A stretch of DNA of 52,976 nt, filler included, from Streblomastix strix (Eukaryota): NCBI GenBank assembly GCA_008636045.1. It is 2 parts of 2 records of this genome, joined end to end, with 100 filler letters (N's around TTAATTAATTAA, not from the genome) between each part and the next. Parts side by side here need not be neighbours in the genome. Positions count along the whole stretch, not along the records: positions 1 to 26,475 come from SNRW01000165.1; 1 more part is not named here. One strand, given 5' to 3'. The notes beneath the pieces were generated by a model, which did no database searches, had not been told where the DNA came from, and worked only from the letters and a program-made list of their open reading frames with translations. Numbering within the stretch: position 1 is the first letter of the stretch; every line of letters starts with the position of its first letter. A program made the position numbers and the translations under genes. This document shows, one piece after another, positions 1 through 14,030 of the stretch.

Positions 1-2
1 TT

Positions 3-390
3 TTGAACATATTCGGAATAGATTTAGATGTTAATTAATAGGTCATGCCAAATTAAAAGGAATAACATAATGAATAAGACAAACCACTGCTACAACCAAC
101 AGGATTAATCGATATGAAAAAGGATTTTGTGATTATGTTATGTAAAGGAATAAGTGGTCTTGAAATACATAACGACTCATAGGGTCATAATTTAAATAAT
201 GAAATAACTTTACTTCCATTATTTGCAGCAATTAATAGTATAATTAATGTTGAAGGAATTGATAATCAATACATTTAAGATACATATGAAAAAATAAAAA
301 TTAATAATAATTTAACAGAGAGAGCAAAATAATTATTTGATATAGCTAAAAAAAGATATGAATAAAAATAATCTCATCCGTTTGCTCTAT
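3..390 (+). pseudogene. Fragment of a viral primase-helicase (linker region between the Prim-Pol and helicase domains); 5' end outside the window
   Basis: Code-6 translation MKKDFVIMLCKGISGLEIHNDSQGHNLNNEITLLPLFAAINSIIN...KIKINNNLTERAKQLFDIAKKRYEQKQSHPFAL aligns by eye with MNDELAQTYVDGLKNLEIHNYPQLINMEVSLLSIFCGLYGITN...IRKFNKLSANADKNYEQA...HKPNPWIL at ~12200-12450. No helicase domain follows. Confidence 0.6.
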
Positions 391-982
391 AAAAAAATAA
401 TTAATTACATTTTTGGCTTTAAATAATAAAATTAAAATAGAAAATATATATAAAATAAAAAATATATATTATGCAGAATTAAACAATATTCATTGCACCA
501 AATAATATTAAAATAAATTATTTATTTAATAAAAATTTGAATCATTTAATTTATATTGAATTAATTAAAAAAAAATTTTTTTTTGCTATTTTGGAGAAGC
601 GTTGAAATACTGAATCCCTGAAGTTTAAAATGGCATACAATTGCTGATACTTACATCAAATTTATAATTTATATAATTAAATTTAACGTGTAACTTAATT
701 ACATCATTATTTTAGCATTAAATTGCATTTTTTTTTATTTTATTAAAATCAAGAATATTCGTCCAAATTCACTTTATTCTTTATATTTTTTTCTTTATAA
801 ATCACAAATTGTATTGTTATATAATTATTTGCTTATTTTTATTTAAAACTTAATTTAAACTTTACCTTTATAAAAATTTTAATTTTTATTTTTAATGTTA
901 CAATTATTTTAAATTACTACATTTTATAAAATATTTTATTATTAAATTAATTTTTAGAAGATTTCAATACAAATTGGCAAAA

Positions 983-3900
983 ATGAGCAGAGAAACTTAT
1001 CAAACTCCTTAAGATTATGTTTAATATAATGCGATAAATTCAGATTTTACAGTTAAAGTTGAGAATAAATCAGATGGAAATGAAATAAAAGAAAACATTG
1101 AAAATAAACAGATATTGAAGATAGAAACTTAATAATTGAAATAAAACAATGAATAAGAAAATGAAACAAAAGAAATATAATTATTAAGGACAGATAAAGT
1201 TGATGAAAATATATTTAGTGAAGAATAATAAAATGAAGAAATTAATTATTTATAATATCTCAAACCTACTTAAATGATTACAGTTGAATAATTAAAATAA
1301 ATTTAAATATAATTAAAAACTTTTAAAGAATTTAAAACGGCTTCATAATATTTATTCAATTAACTTTCAAATGCATTATTTGCAATTCGTTCAATTCAAT
1401 CTTAAGAATAAAAAAGAATATCAAATGAAATGAATATTTTAATTTAAAATATAATAAATGATATTTCAGAAATAATAAGTACTGTAATAAAGAAAAAAGA
1501 AGATGCTGATTTAGCATATCAAACAAACTTCATTATAGAATTGATTGATTTAATTAAAAGAACCCCAATTGAAAATTTTAGGTTAAAAATAATTAGTACA
1601 TTATGAATAATCTCTGAATATGGATATGCTAAATTAACACATTTATTATTTTAAATGGATATAATTTAGATTCTTACGTCAAAACTAAAAAATAAATATA
1701 CACAATAATAAATTCTTATAACGTTAATTTATATAATTAGAAATGGATGGAACAAAAATTCATCATCATCTCAAAATCACTTACAATAACTACTCGCTCT
1801 TCCTCATCCTTATTTGACTTAATTTGAATAATAATAAATAATAATAGCATTAATATAAGAGGTTATTTTGAATAATGAAAGCAATATGGAGAATAAAATG
1901 AATGTTTGTAAAATTCTTGATACTCTTTATCCAGAAGGAATTAAACTACCAAACAATCTAAATGCATAAATAATCAAAATCTTTTGTGATAAATCAAAAT
2001 CTAATAATAATGAAAATAGAAAATATGCACTAGAATCACTCTCTTACCTAGCAATTAATTAAGGTTTATAAACAATATTTTTTTTATTCAATATTTTTTA
2101 TTTCTATTATTACACAGAAAACCACGAAACAATTAGAGCTTCTAGAGGAATTGATATTGCCGTAGAATATATTAAGTTTGAATTAGATATATTTGTAAAT
2201 AATTTTATTACAAATTTATAAATTTTATAATATTAATTATTTTTTATTATTTTAAATTTTTAAGGGAAAAAACAGCTGGTAAATGTTTTGATTCTAACAC
2301 TATCAAATATTCTCTTGAATTAGCTATTTATACTTTCATATTTGGAAGTACTGAAATATAATAATTAATTTAAAACTCAATATCAAAAGAAATTCTCAAA
2401 TAACTAAGTGATTGTTAGTAACATGTTGAAATTTAAACTCTCATTTGTTCTTATTCAGATCCAAAAACAATGAAAGAATTAATTATATTAAGTAGAATTG
2501 TTCATAGAAGGAGTGAAGAAAGATTAATTGAATTGATAAATGCAGGATTGATAAGAAGAATAAATGAAATAATAGAAAAATCAATTTAAGAAGAAAATGA
2601 CAAAGAAGGATTAGTGATTATAATTGGTAAAATTATCAAATTATTAGTTTTTAATAATCCTGAAGTAAGTAGAATAATAATAAATTAAACTAAATTTATT
2701 GTTCTTTATACACATCTTCTTAGTTTAATTACCATCCCTCAAATGAAAGCTGAATATCTTGAACCTATTTTTAATCTATCTCAACATATTACAATTTAAA
2801 ATTAGAATAAACTATTTGAAATGGGAATAATTTAATTAATGATTAAAATATTGGATTCAAAAGAATATGGTTTAAAAGAAGATGCAATTAATATAATTAA
2901 TGAATTAATCAAAGCTGGATTAAATGGATTAAAAGAAGGAGAATAACATCCATTATATTAATAATTCAATTCAGATGGAACAATTCCAGAATTAATTGAA
3001 ATATTCAAAGATAAAAATTATTAAGATATTCAAAGATAGATTGCATAAATACTTTCTTATTTATTCAAAGCTCTTCCTCTTCCACCAGAAATCAGAATTA
3101 ATGTTATTGAAAAATTTAAAATAAATGATTATTTTCCTGATTTTTATGAACTTTCACTTCTTGCTGAATGTCCTGGTATACCTTTTAATTTATTATTATT
3201 AAATATATTTATTTTACTTTTTATTTTTTTTTAATATATAATAAATATTTAGGTAACCATGATGCAATTCTTGCTAATTAATTTGAATAAAAACTCTTCT
3301 AAGATGAATTTCTTACTATTAAATATCTTAATTTCTCACTTTCTATTCTTAAATATGGATCAAATTTTAATAAATTAATAGTTGCTTCATTTATTAAAGA
3401 AAAAATTGAATAATTTATAAATGATGAAAATGTTGATGTATTGGGATATAAATGGTATACTAATTGGAATTCAGATAAAAAATAATAAATTAAATCCAAA
3501 TCTTAATAATAACTTCCAATAATAATGTCAATAATTAATGATAAAAATAATGTAAATTTAATTGCTTAATTAGTTTCAAAGATATAAGATTCTAACGATG
3601 AATATTTTAGAAAAAATTTAATTAATATAATTTTAAATATTATCAAACTTTAATCTTATGAATTAAAAGAAGGATAATATCATCCATTTTATTAATAATT
3701 ATAATCAGATGGAACAATTCCAAAATTAATTCAAATATTCAAAAATGAAAAAGATTATTGTATTCATAGATAAATTGCATAAATACTCTCTTGTTTATTC
3801 AAAGCTCTTCCTCTTCTACCAGAAATCAGAAAAAATATTATTGAAGAACTCAAAATTAATCATCCAGATTTTGATTAACTTTCACTTCTTACTGAAGGTT

Positions 3901-6665
3901 CTAATTCTCCTGATTTAGATGAACTTTCATTTCTTGCTGAATCTCCTGGTATGCTTATATTTATTACTTAATTGAATATATTTGCCATATTTTTTCTATT
4001 AAATATTAATTTATTATAAATTCTATTTTATTACATTTTTAAAGAAAACCATGATGCAGTTCTTTCTAATTAATTTGAAATGAAACTCTTCGATAATGAT
4101 AAATATTCTCTTGAATATCTTAATTTCTCACTTTCTATTCTTAGATATGGATCAAATATTAATAAATTAAAAGTTGCTTCAGTTATTAAAGAGGAAGTTG
4201 AATAATTGACAAATGATGAATATGTTGATGAACTAGGAAATAAATGGTATACTAATTGGAATTCAGATAAAAAATAATAAATTAAATCCAAATCCAAAGA
4301 ATTACTTCCAATAATAACATCAATAATTAATGATAAAAATAATATTAAAATAATTTTATTTATAATTAAATTAATTTAAGATTCAGGAGATTATATTATT
4401 AGAAAAGATTTGATTTTTACATTATTAAATTTCATTAAACTATTTATTAATTAATTAAAAGAAGGAGAATAACATCCGTTACATTAATAATTCTAATCTA
4501 ATGGAATAATACAAAAATTAATTGAATTATTCAAAGATGAAAAAGATAAAGATATATAAAGATTTATTGCATATATATTTGTTTACTTATTCAAAGCTCT
4601 TCCTCTTCCACTAGAAATCAAGAATAATGTGATTTAAATATTTAAATAAACTTAAAATTATAAGTATATTGATTTTAAAGAGCTTTCTCTTCTTTCGGAA
4701 TGTGCTGGTATATATATATTGTTTTATAAATATATTTAATTTATTTAATAAATATTAAGACAATCATGATGTAATCCTTGCTAATTAATTCGAAATGAAT
4801 CTCTTCTTAAGTTATTCTTCTACCCTTGAATATCTTAATATTTCACTTTCTATTCTTAAATATGGATCAAATATTAATAAATTAAAAGTTGCTTCAGTTA
4901 TTAAAGAAAAAGTATAATAATTAACAAATGATGAAAATGTTGATAAATTAAGATATGAATTTAATTGGAATTCAGATAAAAAATAATAAATTAAATCCAA
5001 AGCTGAAAAATTATTTAAAAATATAATATCAATAATTAGTGATAAAAGTAATATAAATTTAATATCAAAATTAGTTATAAAGGTTTAAGATTCAAAAAAA
5101 GAAGATGTTAGATAGGATTTGATTTTTACATTATTAAATTTCATTAAACTATTTATTAATTAATTAAAAGAAGGAGAATAACATCCGTTACATTAATAAT
5201 TCTAATCTAATGGAATAATACAAAAATTAATTGAATTATTCAAAGATGAAAAAGATAAAGATATATAAAGATTTATTGCATATATATTTGTTTACTTATT
5301 CAAAGCTCTTCCTCTTCCACTAGAAATCAAGAATAATGTGATTTAAATATTTAAATAAACTTAAAATTATAAGTATATTGATTTTAAAGAGCTTTCTCTT
5401 CTTTCGGAATGTGCTGGTATATATATATTGTTTTATAAATATATTTAATTTATTTAATAAATATTAAGACAATCATGATGTAATCCTTGCTAATTAATTC
5501 GAAATGAATCTCTTCTTAAGTTATTCTTCTACCCTTGAATATCTTAATATTTCACTTCTTATTCTTAAATATGGATCCAATATAAATAAATTAAAAGTTG
5601 CCTCAGTTATTAAATATCAAGTTGAGTAGTTTACAAATGATAAATTTGTTTTTAAATTGGGACATGAATTTAATTGGAATAAAAATAAAAAATTAGAAAT
5701 AAAAATCAAATCCAAAGAATTACTTCCAATAATATTATCAATAATTGGAGATAATAATAATTTTAAGTTAACTTCTCAATTTACAATTTAGCTTTAACAT
5801 TCAAAAGATAAAGATGAAAGACAAGATATAATTGAGAAATTTTTGAATATTATCTAAGATGGATTAGTTGGATTAAAAGAAGGAGAATAACATCCGTTAC
5901 ATTAATAATTCAATTCAGATGGAACAATTCCAGAATTAATTGAAATATTCAAAGATAAAAATTATTAAGATATTCAAAGATAGATTGCATAAATACTTGC
6001 TTATTTATTCAAAGCTCTTCCTCTTCCACCAGATATCCGGAATTATGTTATTTAAATCCTCAAACCAAATCATATCTATGAACTTTCTCTTCTTGCTGAA
6101 TCTCTTTGTATATTTTTTTATCAATTTTTAGATAGATATTAATAATTTAAATGACTTTTATTCTATAATTTATTTATTTTATTCTAATATATAAAAAGAC
6201 AATCATGATGCAATTCTTGCTAATGACTATGAAAAGAAATTATTTGAAAAAGATTCGTTACCAATTTAATATCTTAATATCACTCTTCCATTATTTAAAT
6301 TTGGAAATTATGAGAACAAACTATAAATTTCTTATGCTATTAAAGAAGAAGTTGAGCAATTGATTTCTGATAATTATTTAGATTAACTATTTTTATGTAT
6401 TGAAGAAAAGGATGAAATTAAAACAATAGCAAAAGAAGTAATAAGTTTAATTGATGAATGTTATGAATATGAAGGTGATTTTGAAGAAGAAGATGCTAAA
6501 CAAATATTTAAAATAAACAAACCACGAAAATATTTAGATGGGAAAACTCCTTCAATTTATCTTTATGAAGATGACGATGTTTTTGATTATGATAATAATG
6601 ATTAAGATCAAGAAGATAGTGAAAGTGATATGGATGAAATCCAAAAATTCGATGATGCTGATTGA
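983..6665 (+). CDS. Spliced host gene: helical ARM/HEAT-like protein with five tandem ~220-aa modules and an acidic tail; one in-frame TGA at 1604
   Basis: ATG at 983. The code-6 frame is kept across GT-AG introns 2064-2117, 2176-2264, 3176-3252, 3949-4044, 4708-4759, 5417-5468 and 6108-6198, and ends at TGA 6663-6665. The module LKEGEQHPL...DGTIPELIEIFKD...LFKALPLPPEI...ELSLLAECP|NHDAILAN recurs. Confidence 0.75.
2926..6310 (+). repeat. Five tandem ~710-770-bp coding repeats, each with an intron at the same codon position
   Basis: The ttattcaaagctcttcctctt block recurs near 3060, 3800, 4590, 5300 and 6005. 4407-4848 appears identical to 5116-5557, intron included. Confidence 0.9.
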
Positions 6666-6986
6666 TGATTATAAAAATAAATTGAAGTTTAGTTTGAATT
6701 CTAGATTACTATTAAATTTTGATCATTGAAATAGTTTTATTCAATTTTATATTAATATCTTCATTTTATAAATTTCATTCAATGTTTCATATTAATTTAA
6801 TTTTCAATAAAATGATACAAATATTGATTAATTATGATTTGATTAAATAAATGTTGAATAAATAACTAATAATGATATTACTAACATCTAACTCATTCAG
6901 AAATATTATAAATATTGATTTAAATAATTAATTTAAATGAAAATTAAAAATTTAAAAAATATATGCTGAGTCATCGAATGTTTTGC

Positions 6987-7944
6987 ATAGGGTCACTGTA
7001 AATTATAGAACTTCTGGAATTTCAGGTCCTGCCTGATCTGAACATCCAAGCATCCATTTTAGTTCAACATTTGTTAGCTGGGAACTTGTCACGCAATCCC
7101 TGTAAAATAAAAACTGCAATTAATAATATAAAATAATAAGATATATTATAATTCATACATGTATATCTATTGTGTGCAAAAGTATAATCGGTTGAGTGAG
7201 CAATCGATTGAACATTACCTAGAAATTTTCAAGCCATTTTATGAAGTCCATGCATAACAAATGATAAACTGCATTCTATAAATTATGAATTCGTTGGTTA
7301 ATAAATAATAAAATTTATAAATTATGACAAATTGTATGCTATATACCATGGGATGCAGTTCTCGCCAACCAGCTTGCCACTTTGTTCCTATCTGTATAAA
7401 TATTCATATTTCTACGATTCAATGCAAAATTCATTAAATATCAAAACATGTAGCAATCCCAAGGTGCGTACCAGCTCGAGCAGTTAACCAAATAATAGCC
7501 AAGTTTTTCCATCCATCCCTCTATCTGAGAGAATATATTACTCTATTTTCTAGCATAATTTAACATGTACTATGAAATTTTAAAATTAATTTAACAAATT
7601 GATTCTCGATTCATAAATTTGATTTTATCGTTAGAAACTAAACTTTAATTATAAATTATGGTACTATATTTTTGTAGAATTCTCTTATTTTATATATAAT
7701 CAATACATAAAATAGAATGAGATACTTGTTTAGCCGAGAACAAGCTCAAAATAAACCAAAAACTTGAAAATTACCAGATCGATCCTGAGTGCCTCATGCT
7801 TTAAATCATGAAATGGTCGAAAATCCCCTCTTGTATTTTGATCTAATTTTTAAAAATATATTTTCACTATTTGATTCTTTCTGGTTATGGAAATCGGGTG
7901 GAACCTGAATTGCCGAAAAATACCATAATCTACAGTGACCCTAT
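6987..7944. mobile_element. Non-autonomous TIR DNA element (~0.96 kb) carrying a spliced minus-strand ORF of unknown function
   Basis: atagggtcactgtaaattat (6987) and ataatctacagtgaccctat (ends 7944) are 19/20 inverted matches, with looser similarity to ~55 bp. The minus strand has short exon-like blocks (e.g. SQIEGWMENLAIIWLTARA, RNKVASWLARTASH) bounded by GT/AG. Confidence 0.6.
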
Positions 7945-8520
7945 TTGAGATGATTTTCTTCGTTAGTAAAGCTGTTTTGATGAATTTTTCATGAGTATTA
8001 GCAAATCAATGATGAAATTAACAAAAATATTTTAAATCATCATGTTCAATCTTTACTATTATCATACATGCATTCTTCTAAAAAATCTTTATATCTTTCA
8101 TTTAAATAATTATTCCAATAAGCTTAATAATCAAATTTATGTTCATAAGGAGTAATAATTTTATCAATTAAATCAATTTAAATTGTGTATTATTATATTG
8201 TCGGCAATTGTTTTATAATTGAATACTGATTATTAAGTTCATCCTATTTTTTAAATTGAAATTTATCTAAATCTAGGTAGAAATCATACTTAAGATGATT
8301 TGGAAATACTTTTATAATAGTTATTGTATTTTATAACGACGATGTTGATGCTATTTCTTTTCTTGATTGTCTTTCGTAGAAAATTAAAAAGAATAATTTA
8401 TAAAATAAGGTTGATATAATAAAAAAAATAAATTAAATAAATTTAAAAATTAGCTAATATTTTTTTAAATTTTTAAATTTTTCTTTTTAATAAAATCTTT
8501 ATCTTGATCATTTTAATTTT

Positions 8521-10209
8521 AAAACAAACACCTCCAAATTAACTTAAATATTGATAACACGTAATTATACGAAAAAATAAGTAAAAGCGCTTTGAGAATT
8601 ATTTGGACGTTACTTTTCAAAAATTCCATTGGAGTCAGGATAAAACAAAATTTATCTCTAATTTTAAGATTATAATATTAGTGAACCTCATGATTACACC
8701 CATGAATTGATATAAAGAGTTTTTGATGCAGTGTCACTAAAACGTCTTTAAGAGAGAAAAACTTATTAAAAAATACTAGAAGATGAATTATTAGGTGTTG
8801 AATTTCCGGTTGATAATATTGAATAATTTAACGAAAGAATGTAAAGAATGTATGGAACTAAAGGAAATGAGAAAGAAGAAGAGAAAGAAATATAGTAAGT
8901 AATAGAAAAAGAAATAGAGTAAGATAAGCTTTTTAAATTAATATAATTAAATAAATAATAAAAATAAAAAAAATATTAACAAGAACTAGAAAAAGAACAT
9001 AAAGGTGCTGTTTTATCATAAGAATTATTAGATTATTTATCTGATATTAAAACAAGAAAGAATGTGAAAGATTTATCAGCTGAATATGATAATCTTAAAG
9101 TTATTATTAAAGAACCAACTACAAAATTAAAAGTAAAATTAAAAGGTCATCCATAGAATAAATAAATATAAATTTAATTTAGATTCCCGATTCACAGTTC
9201 AAATCTTTTACCATAATTTGTCCAAGAATAATTAAGAAGACTTGGTAAATATGTTGAAGAACCAACTTTGTTAGCAGACACTAGCTAACGCTTTTGGCAA
9301 CTCATCGATAGAGCAGCTCTAGAATTATTATCATTATAGTTATAAGCTCTTGGCTATGACGATACTAAACCAGCTATTGAAGCAAGAGTTAAAGGCTTTT
9401 TAGATTATTCACTTCCAGATTAATAATATGAGCCTTATTATTATTTTCTTTAACCTCTATCATCCGAGACAATATCAGATATCCATGATAGAGTAGAAAA
9501 TTCTCTAAATAATGTAGAAATTAAAGCATAAAAAGAATAACTTAATGAAAAATATAAGAAGATTCATTAAGAATTTAATGATATTCCTGAAGAATAATTA
9601 CAAACTTTCAAGATGGCTGATGAAGAAATAATAGCTGATATATATCATTTCAATGATAAGGAACTCAAATAAATTTAAATTGAAGGATTAATTGAAGAAC
9701 AAAATCAATCTCTTTTGTTAACTGAGCCTGCTGATTTGAAAATGTTTATATAAAGTTTTCGAGCTGCAAGAAGAGAACATCCAGGCAAATTAAGAGAAAT
9801 TAAAGGAAAATTTGGTAAAGATTAACATGAACCTACACATATATATATAAATAATTAAATTATTTCATTAGATGATAATTGTTAATGAAAAAGACCAATG
9901 CCCTCACATTGATAAACACAGTGATTTGTCCACAACAGAAATACCCAGCAATATTAAGAATTGCTGACATATGAAAAATGAATAGATTATCGAGACCCGA
10001 AAATCAAAGAATAAATTGATGTTGAAAAAGAAATACGGATAAAATAATAAATTATAACATTTATGAATATCATTAGTAATGAAAAATAATTGGTATGATT
10101 TATGATATGCGTTAATAAAAAGTAATTGATCTCGTTTCTGAGACCCACAAATGAACAGGATTTAGGCAATGTTTCGAGCATTGGTTTTTTTCATTAACTA
10201 CTCGATTGA
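8521..10209 (+). pseudogene. Long intronless hypothetical protein, probably viral, with scattered in-frame TGA
   Basis: One code-6 frame is open from 8596 to 9885 (~430 codons, e.g. QRFWQLIDRAALELLSLQLQALGYDD). It continues in frame to 10209 through several TGAs. No start codon was identified. Confidence 0.55.
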
Positions 10210-10699
10210 ATTAGCTTATTTATCTAATTTTATCATGATTGGTAATCTGTCCGATTAAGTTTTCATTGATGAAGTTGAAATAATGGCATCGAGTAGTTGG
10301 TCGATGACTGAAATACATTATTTAATGAAATTGATGGTGATCAACTGATTCAGAATCGCGAATAAGCAACATTTTTGGATTCTTCGTATGCGATATGACC
10401 TTAGTGAAGAGTATGAATTAGATATGAAATATTAAGTTTTTAATAGGGATTTCGACCTAATATAAATTTATTTTATTTTTATTATATAGACTGAAAATCA
10501 TGAAAAAATTGAAGTTTTTTGAATGACCTAAGAATCAATGTACTAATCAATATTGGCACATTGATCACAAATATAATGTTAAAAATGAATGGATGGACTA
10601 TTGATTCGGTCAAATTAAGCGGAATAATGTGATTGATTAATTGTGTGGATAAATGAAGCGAAATGTCAACTTGCACAGGTACTACTTTAAGATAATTCT

Positions 10700-11143
10700 T
10701 AAATTAGTGTTATGACATGGAGATTTACATTAGTTTATCCATCTGCACGGGGTGCACGACCTGCATGGGGTAAGTTGGTAAACTATTTTGAGATCTGCCA
10801 TTAACCATTAATGCCATAAATTAGAGTCATGGAGAAATGAAGTGAATTGTCCATGTGCATCGAGTGCATTGAGTGCATTGGGTCATAAGCAGACAGGCTG
10901 GATTCCCACCATATTTGACATATTGCCATTAATTAGAATTATGAATAAATGAGATGAATTGTCCATGTAAATGAAATATGGCAGTCCAATTAAGTGATTG
11001 ATAAAATTTCTGTACCATTCATATATGGATGAGTTAGCGGAGTAGATAAATGATATGAATTATCTATATGGGACAAAAGGACAGGACGGGATAAAAATTT
11101 TTAGTCCTGACAAATTTGTCTGCCATACGTCATATGCCATAAA
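10700..11143. repeat. Non-coding array of degenerate GC-richer repeats upstream of the primase-helicase
   Basis: Motifs ctgccat...atgccataaa, aattgtccatgt, gtgcat/gtgcac and gggaca/ggacggga recur. 10977-11143 is a diverged direct copy of 14031-14199. Confidence 0.6.
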
Positions 11144-11195
11144 CTAAATAAAATTATTTTTCTCAAACTATTTGAACTTTTTATCCGAAAGCAAA

Positions 11196-14003
11196 ATGGC
11201 AACAGAAGAATTTTCAAAAGACAAATCAAACCAATAAACAAACGTGAAATGCGAGACACTTGAGAAATGACCAAAATGTAAATATATTCGCAAATTGAAA
11301 GCAGATGATAAAGCAAAAGAGAAGATTGACCAAATGATTAATGAATAGGCGAATGAACAGACAAATGAACCCATTAATAGGCAGATTATTGAAGAGAAAT
11401 ATGATCAACACATTCATGATCCAATTAATTCAGAAGGTGATCTTGAAGCAAAACTTTCAAATTAATAATTAGCGTATAGATTAGAAAAAAATAGAGATGA
11501 CAATATATTTCTTGAAATGATACAACTGATAGCAGAATTATATATGTAATAATAAGATTCAAAAACAATAATTGAACGCGTTAAAGATGCTATGATTAAC
11601 ATAGTAAACTATACAAAAATAGGCTAATAGGAAGGAAAAAAATAATAAATAGCTGGTAAACTAATTGATTTCTCATTAATGTGTGACGAAAATCTATATG
11701 TTGTTGATATAAACATTGATAAGGATAAGTCAATAGAAGAGATTGATAAAATAAGATAAAATCTAATTGATACCCTTCCAACAAACGTAGGTTTAGTTAA
11801 GACTGCTCTTGGAGGATTACATATCTATTGCAATAGGAATTATTATAGATTACCTTCCATTCGTAATGTAAAAGTTGCTGTGACAGACAGTTTTGATATT
11901 AACATATTTGCATAAATGAATAAATATAAAATTGAAAATGGAAAAGAGACTAAAGAAATAGTATAGAATCGAGTAGTTGCTCCTAACACAGCTATTCGAG
12001 AAACTAAAAATAATTAACTAATTTCGCACAAAAATGAAGCAATTAATGATTGGGAAAATGCTTCATGCTTAGCGAGTTTGCGAGAGAAACTTGACAAATG
12101 GAATATAGATATTGAGATGTCATATAAAGATTACGCTTAAAACAAACATGATTGAATCTATGGAGTATAAATCAATGATGAAGGTACAATTGAATAAATG
12201 AATGATGAACTTGCATAAACGTATGTTGATGGGTTGAAGAACCTAGAAATACATAATTATCCTTAACTAATCAATATGGAAGTTTCTCTTCTAAGTATAT
12301 TCTGTGGATTATATGGTATCACTAATGAATCAATTAGAGCTGAAGGAATAGGAAATATACGCAAATTTAATAAGCTATCTGCAAACGCTGATAAGAACTA
12401 TGAATAAGCTGCATCTGATGGCGAACATAAACCAAATCCATGGATCTTAACAAAAATCCTTGGGTATCATAACAAAGACTATTATGAATAGATAATTAAA
12501 CCATTATTGAAAAAGAATTATGAAGCAAAAAAGAAGGAAAAATAAATCATAATTAATTAGATATTGATTTCTAATAAGATTGATCTATAAGATGGATTCA
12601 CATTACTTGATATGCAAGAGAAAGCAACTAATGCAGAATACGAAAATGAAGAATAAATTGTTATGGACTTAACAAGATTATTAGTATACTATGAAGGTGA
12701 AACTGAAGATATCTATGCGATTAATGGATATGATTCTATCTGTGACACACAAGTTTTATACCATAAGCTAGAGGGAACAATTTATAAATAAATAGAGAAA
12801 ATTAAAATAAATTTTAAGAATAAGAAAACTGATGAAAAGACTGATGATAAAAAGGATTCTAAACAATTAACTGCAAAACATATCTTTAAGAAATATGCTT
12901 CAAAATTTGCTAAGAAAGGATGTAAATTCATTAGTGAAGATCCAAAGATTCTTACAGTATTCCAAGGGTATAAATAAAAGAAATTTGATACAATTGATTA
13001 TGAATGCTTGCAAATGTACCTTGATTTAATTAAAGAAACTATTGCTGCGGATGATGAATGAGTCTATGAATATATTCTTAATTGGATAGCATGGATGATA
13101 CAAAATCCTGGAAAAAGTCTAGATGTGCAATAGTATTATAAGGCAGATAAAATATAGGTAAAAATAGATTCACTGATGTGATTGCTGAACTAACAAGTCG
13201 ATACAGCTGTCCAAATATAACTAACATAGATGAGTTCACAGGCAGATTCAATTCAGTAGTTGAAAAAAAAATGTTTGCAGTACTGAATGAAATTATGAAT
13301 TATAATGACTCAAAGAAAGGTGTTGCAACAGTAATGAAATCAATTATTTCCGATTTAACTATAAGAATTAATGAAAAGAATTAACCAAGAAGAACTGCTG
13401 AGAATGTAATGAATATAATCTATGTGACAAATGCTGATATGCCTGTATAATTGGACACTGATGATAGACGTCATTTAGTATGTGCTTGTAAAACTGTTCA
13501 TTAAGTGAGTGAAGAACATAAAGAAGATGCTGATTATTTTAATGAATTAAGCTCAAGTTACACATAAGAGTTTTATGAAAATCTTATAACATTCTTTCTT
13601 GAGAGAGATATTTCATAGTTCAATCCAACATTAATTCCAATGACTGAAGCTAAGAAATAATTGATAAATGTTAGTCGATCATCAGCAGATGATGTAATTA
13701 TGGAACATTATGAGTGGTTCAAATAAGGAATTCCAATAGCTCTTGTAAATTAATTCAAACCTTCAAATTGGTTACTAATGACATATAAGAATGCAATGAT
13801 TCACAAATTTGAAGAATAAAGAATTTATATTAATGGAATAAGAACTAGAATATATATTAAATAAGAATTAATAATCATATTACGATAAGATGATGAATGA
13901 AGAAGATACTGAAACGTCAAATGCAAACTATTAGAAATATAAGAAAACAATTGAAGATGATGGACTCGTTGAATAGGTAGTATAAGAGATAAAAGATGAA
14001 TGA
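11196..14003 (+). pseudogene. Prim-Pol (AEP) primase fused to an SF3/D5-like helicase; disabled
   Basis: AEP motifs LYVVDINID (DxD changed to DxN), VKTALGGLHIY (~11800-11828), FDINIF and RVVAPNT. Helicase motifs YILNWIAWMIQNPGKK, Walker A GRQNIGKN (13142-13165), FTGRFNS, AVLNE, IIYVTN and DDRRH. In-frame TGA at 11268, 12153 and 13059; frameshifts near 13115 and 13860. Confidence 0.88.
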
Positions 14004-14030
14004 AAATGATTTTTTTTCTGTTCAAACATT

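Noticed and set aside
3299..5000. Three similar minus-strand ORFs (MDLIYYFLSEFQL...)
   Set aside because: They are antisense shadows of the plus-strand code-6 repeat gene.
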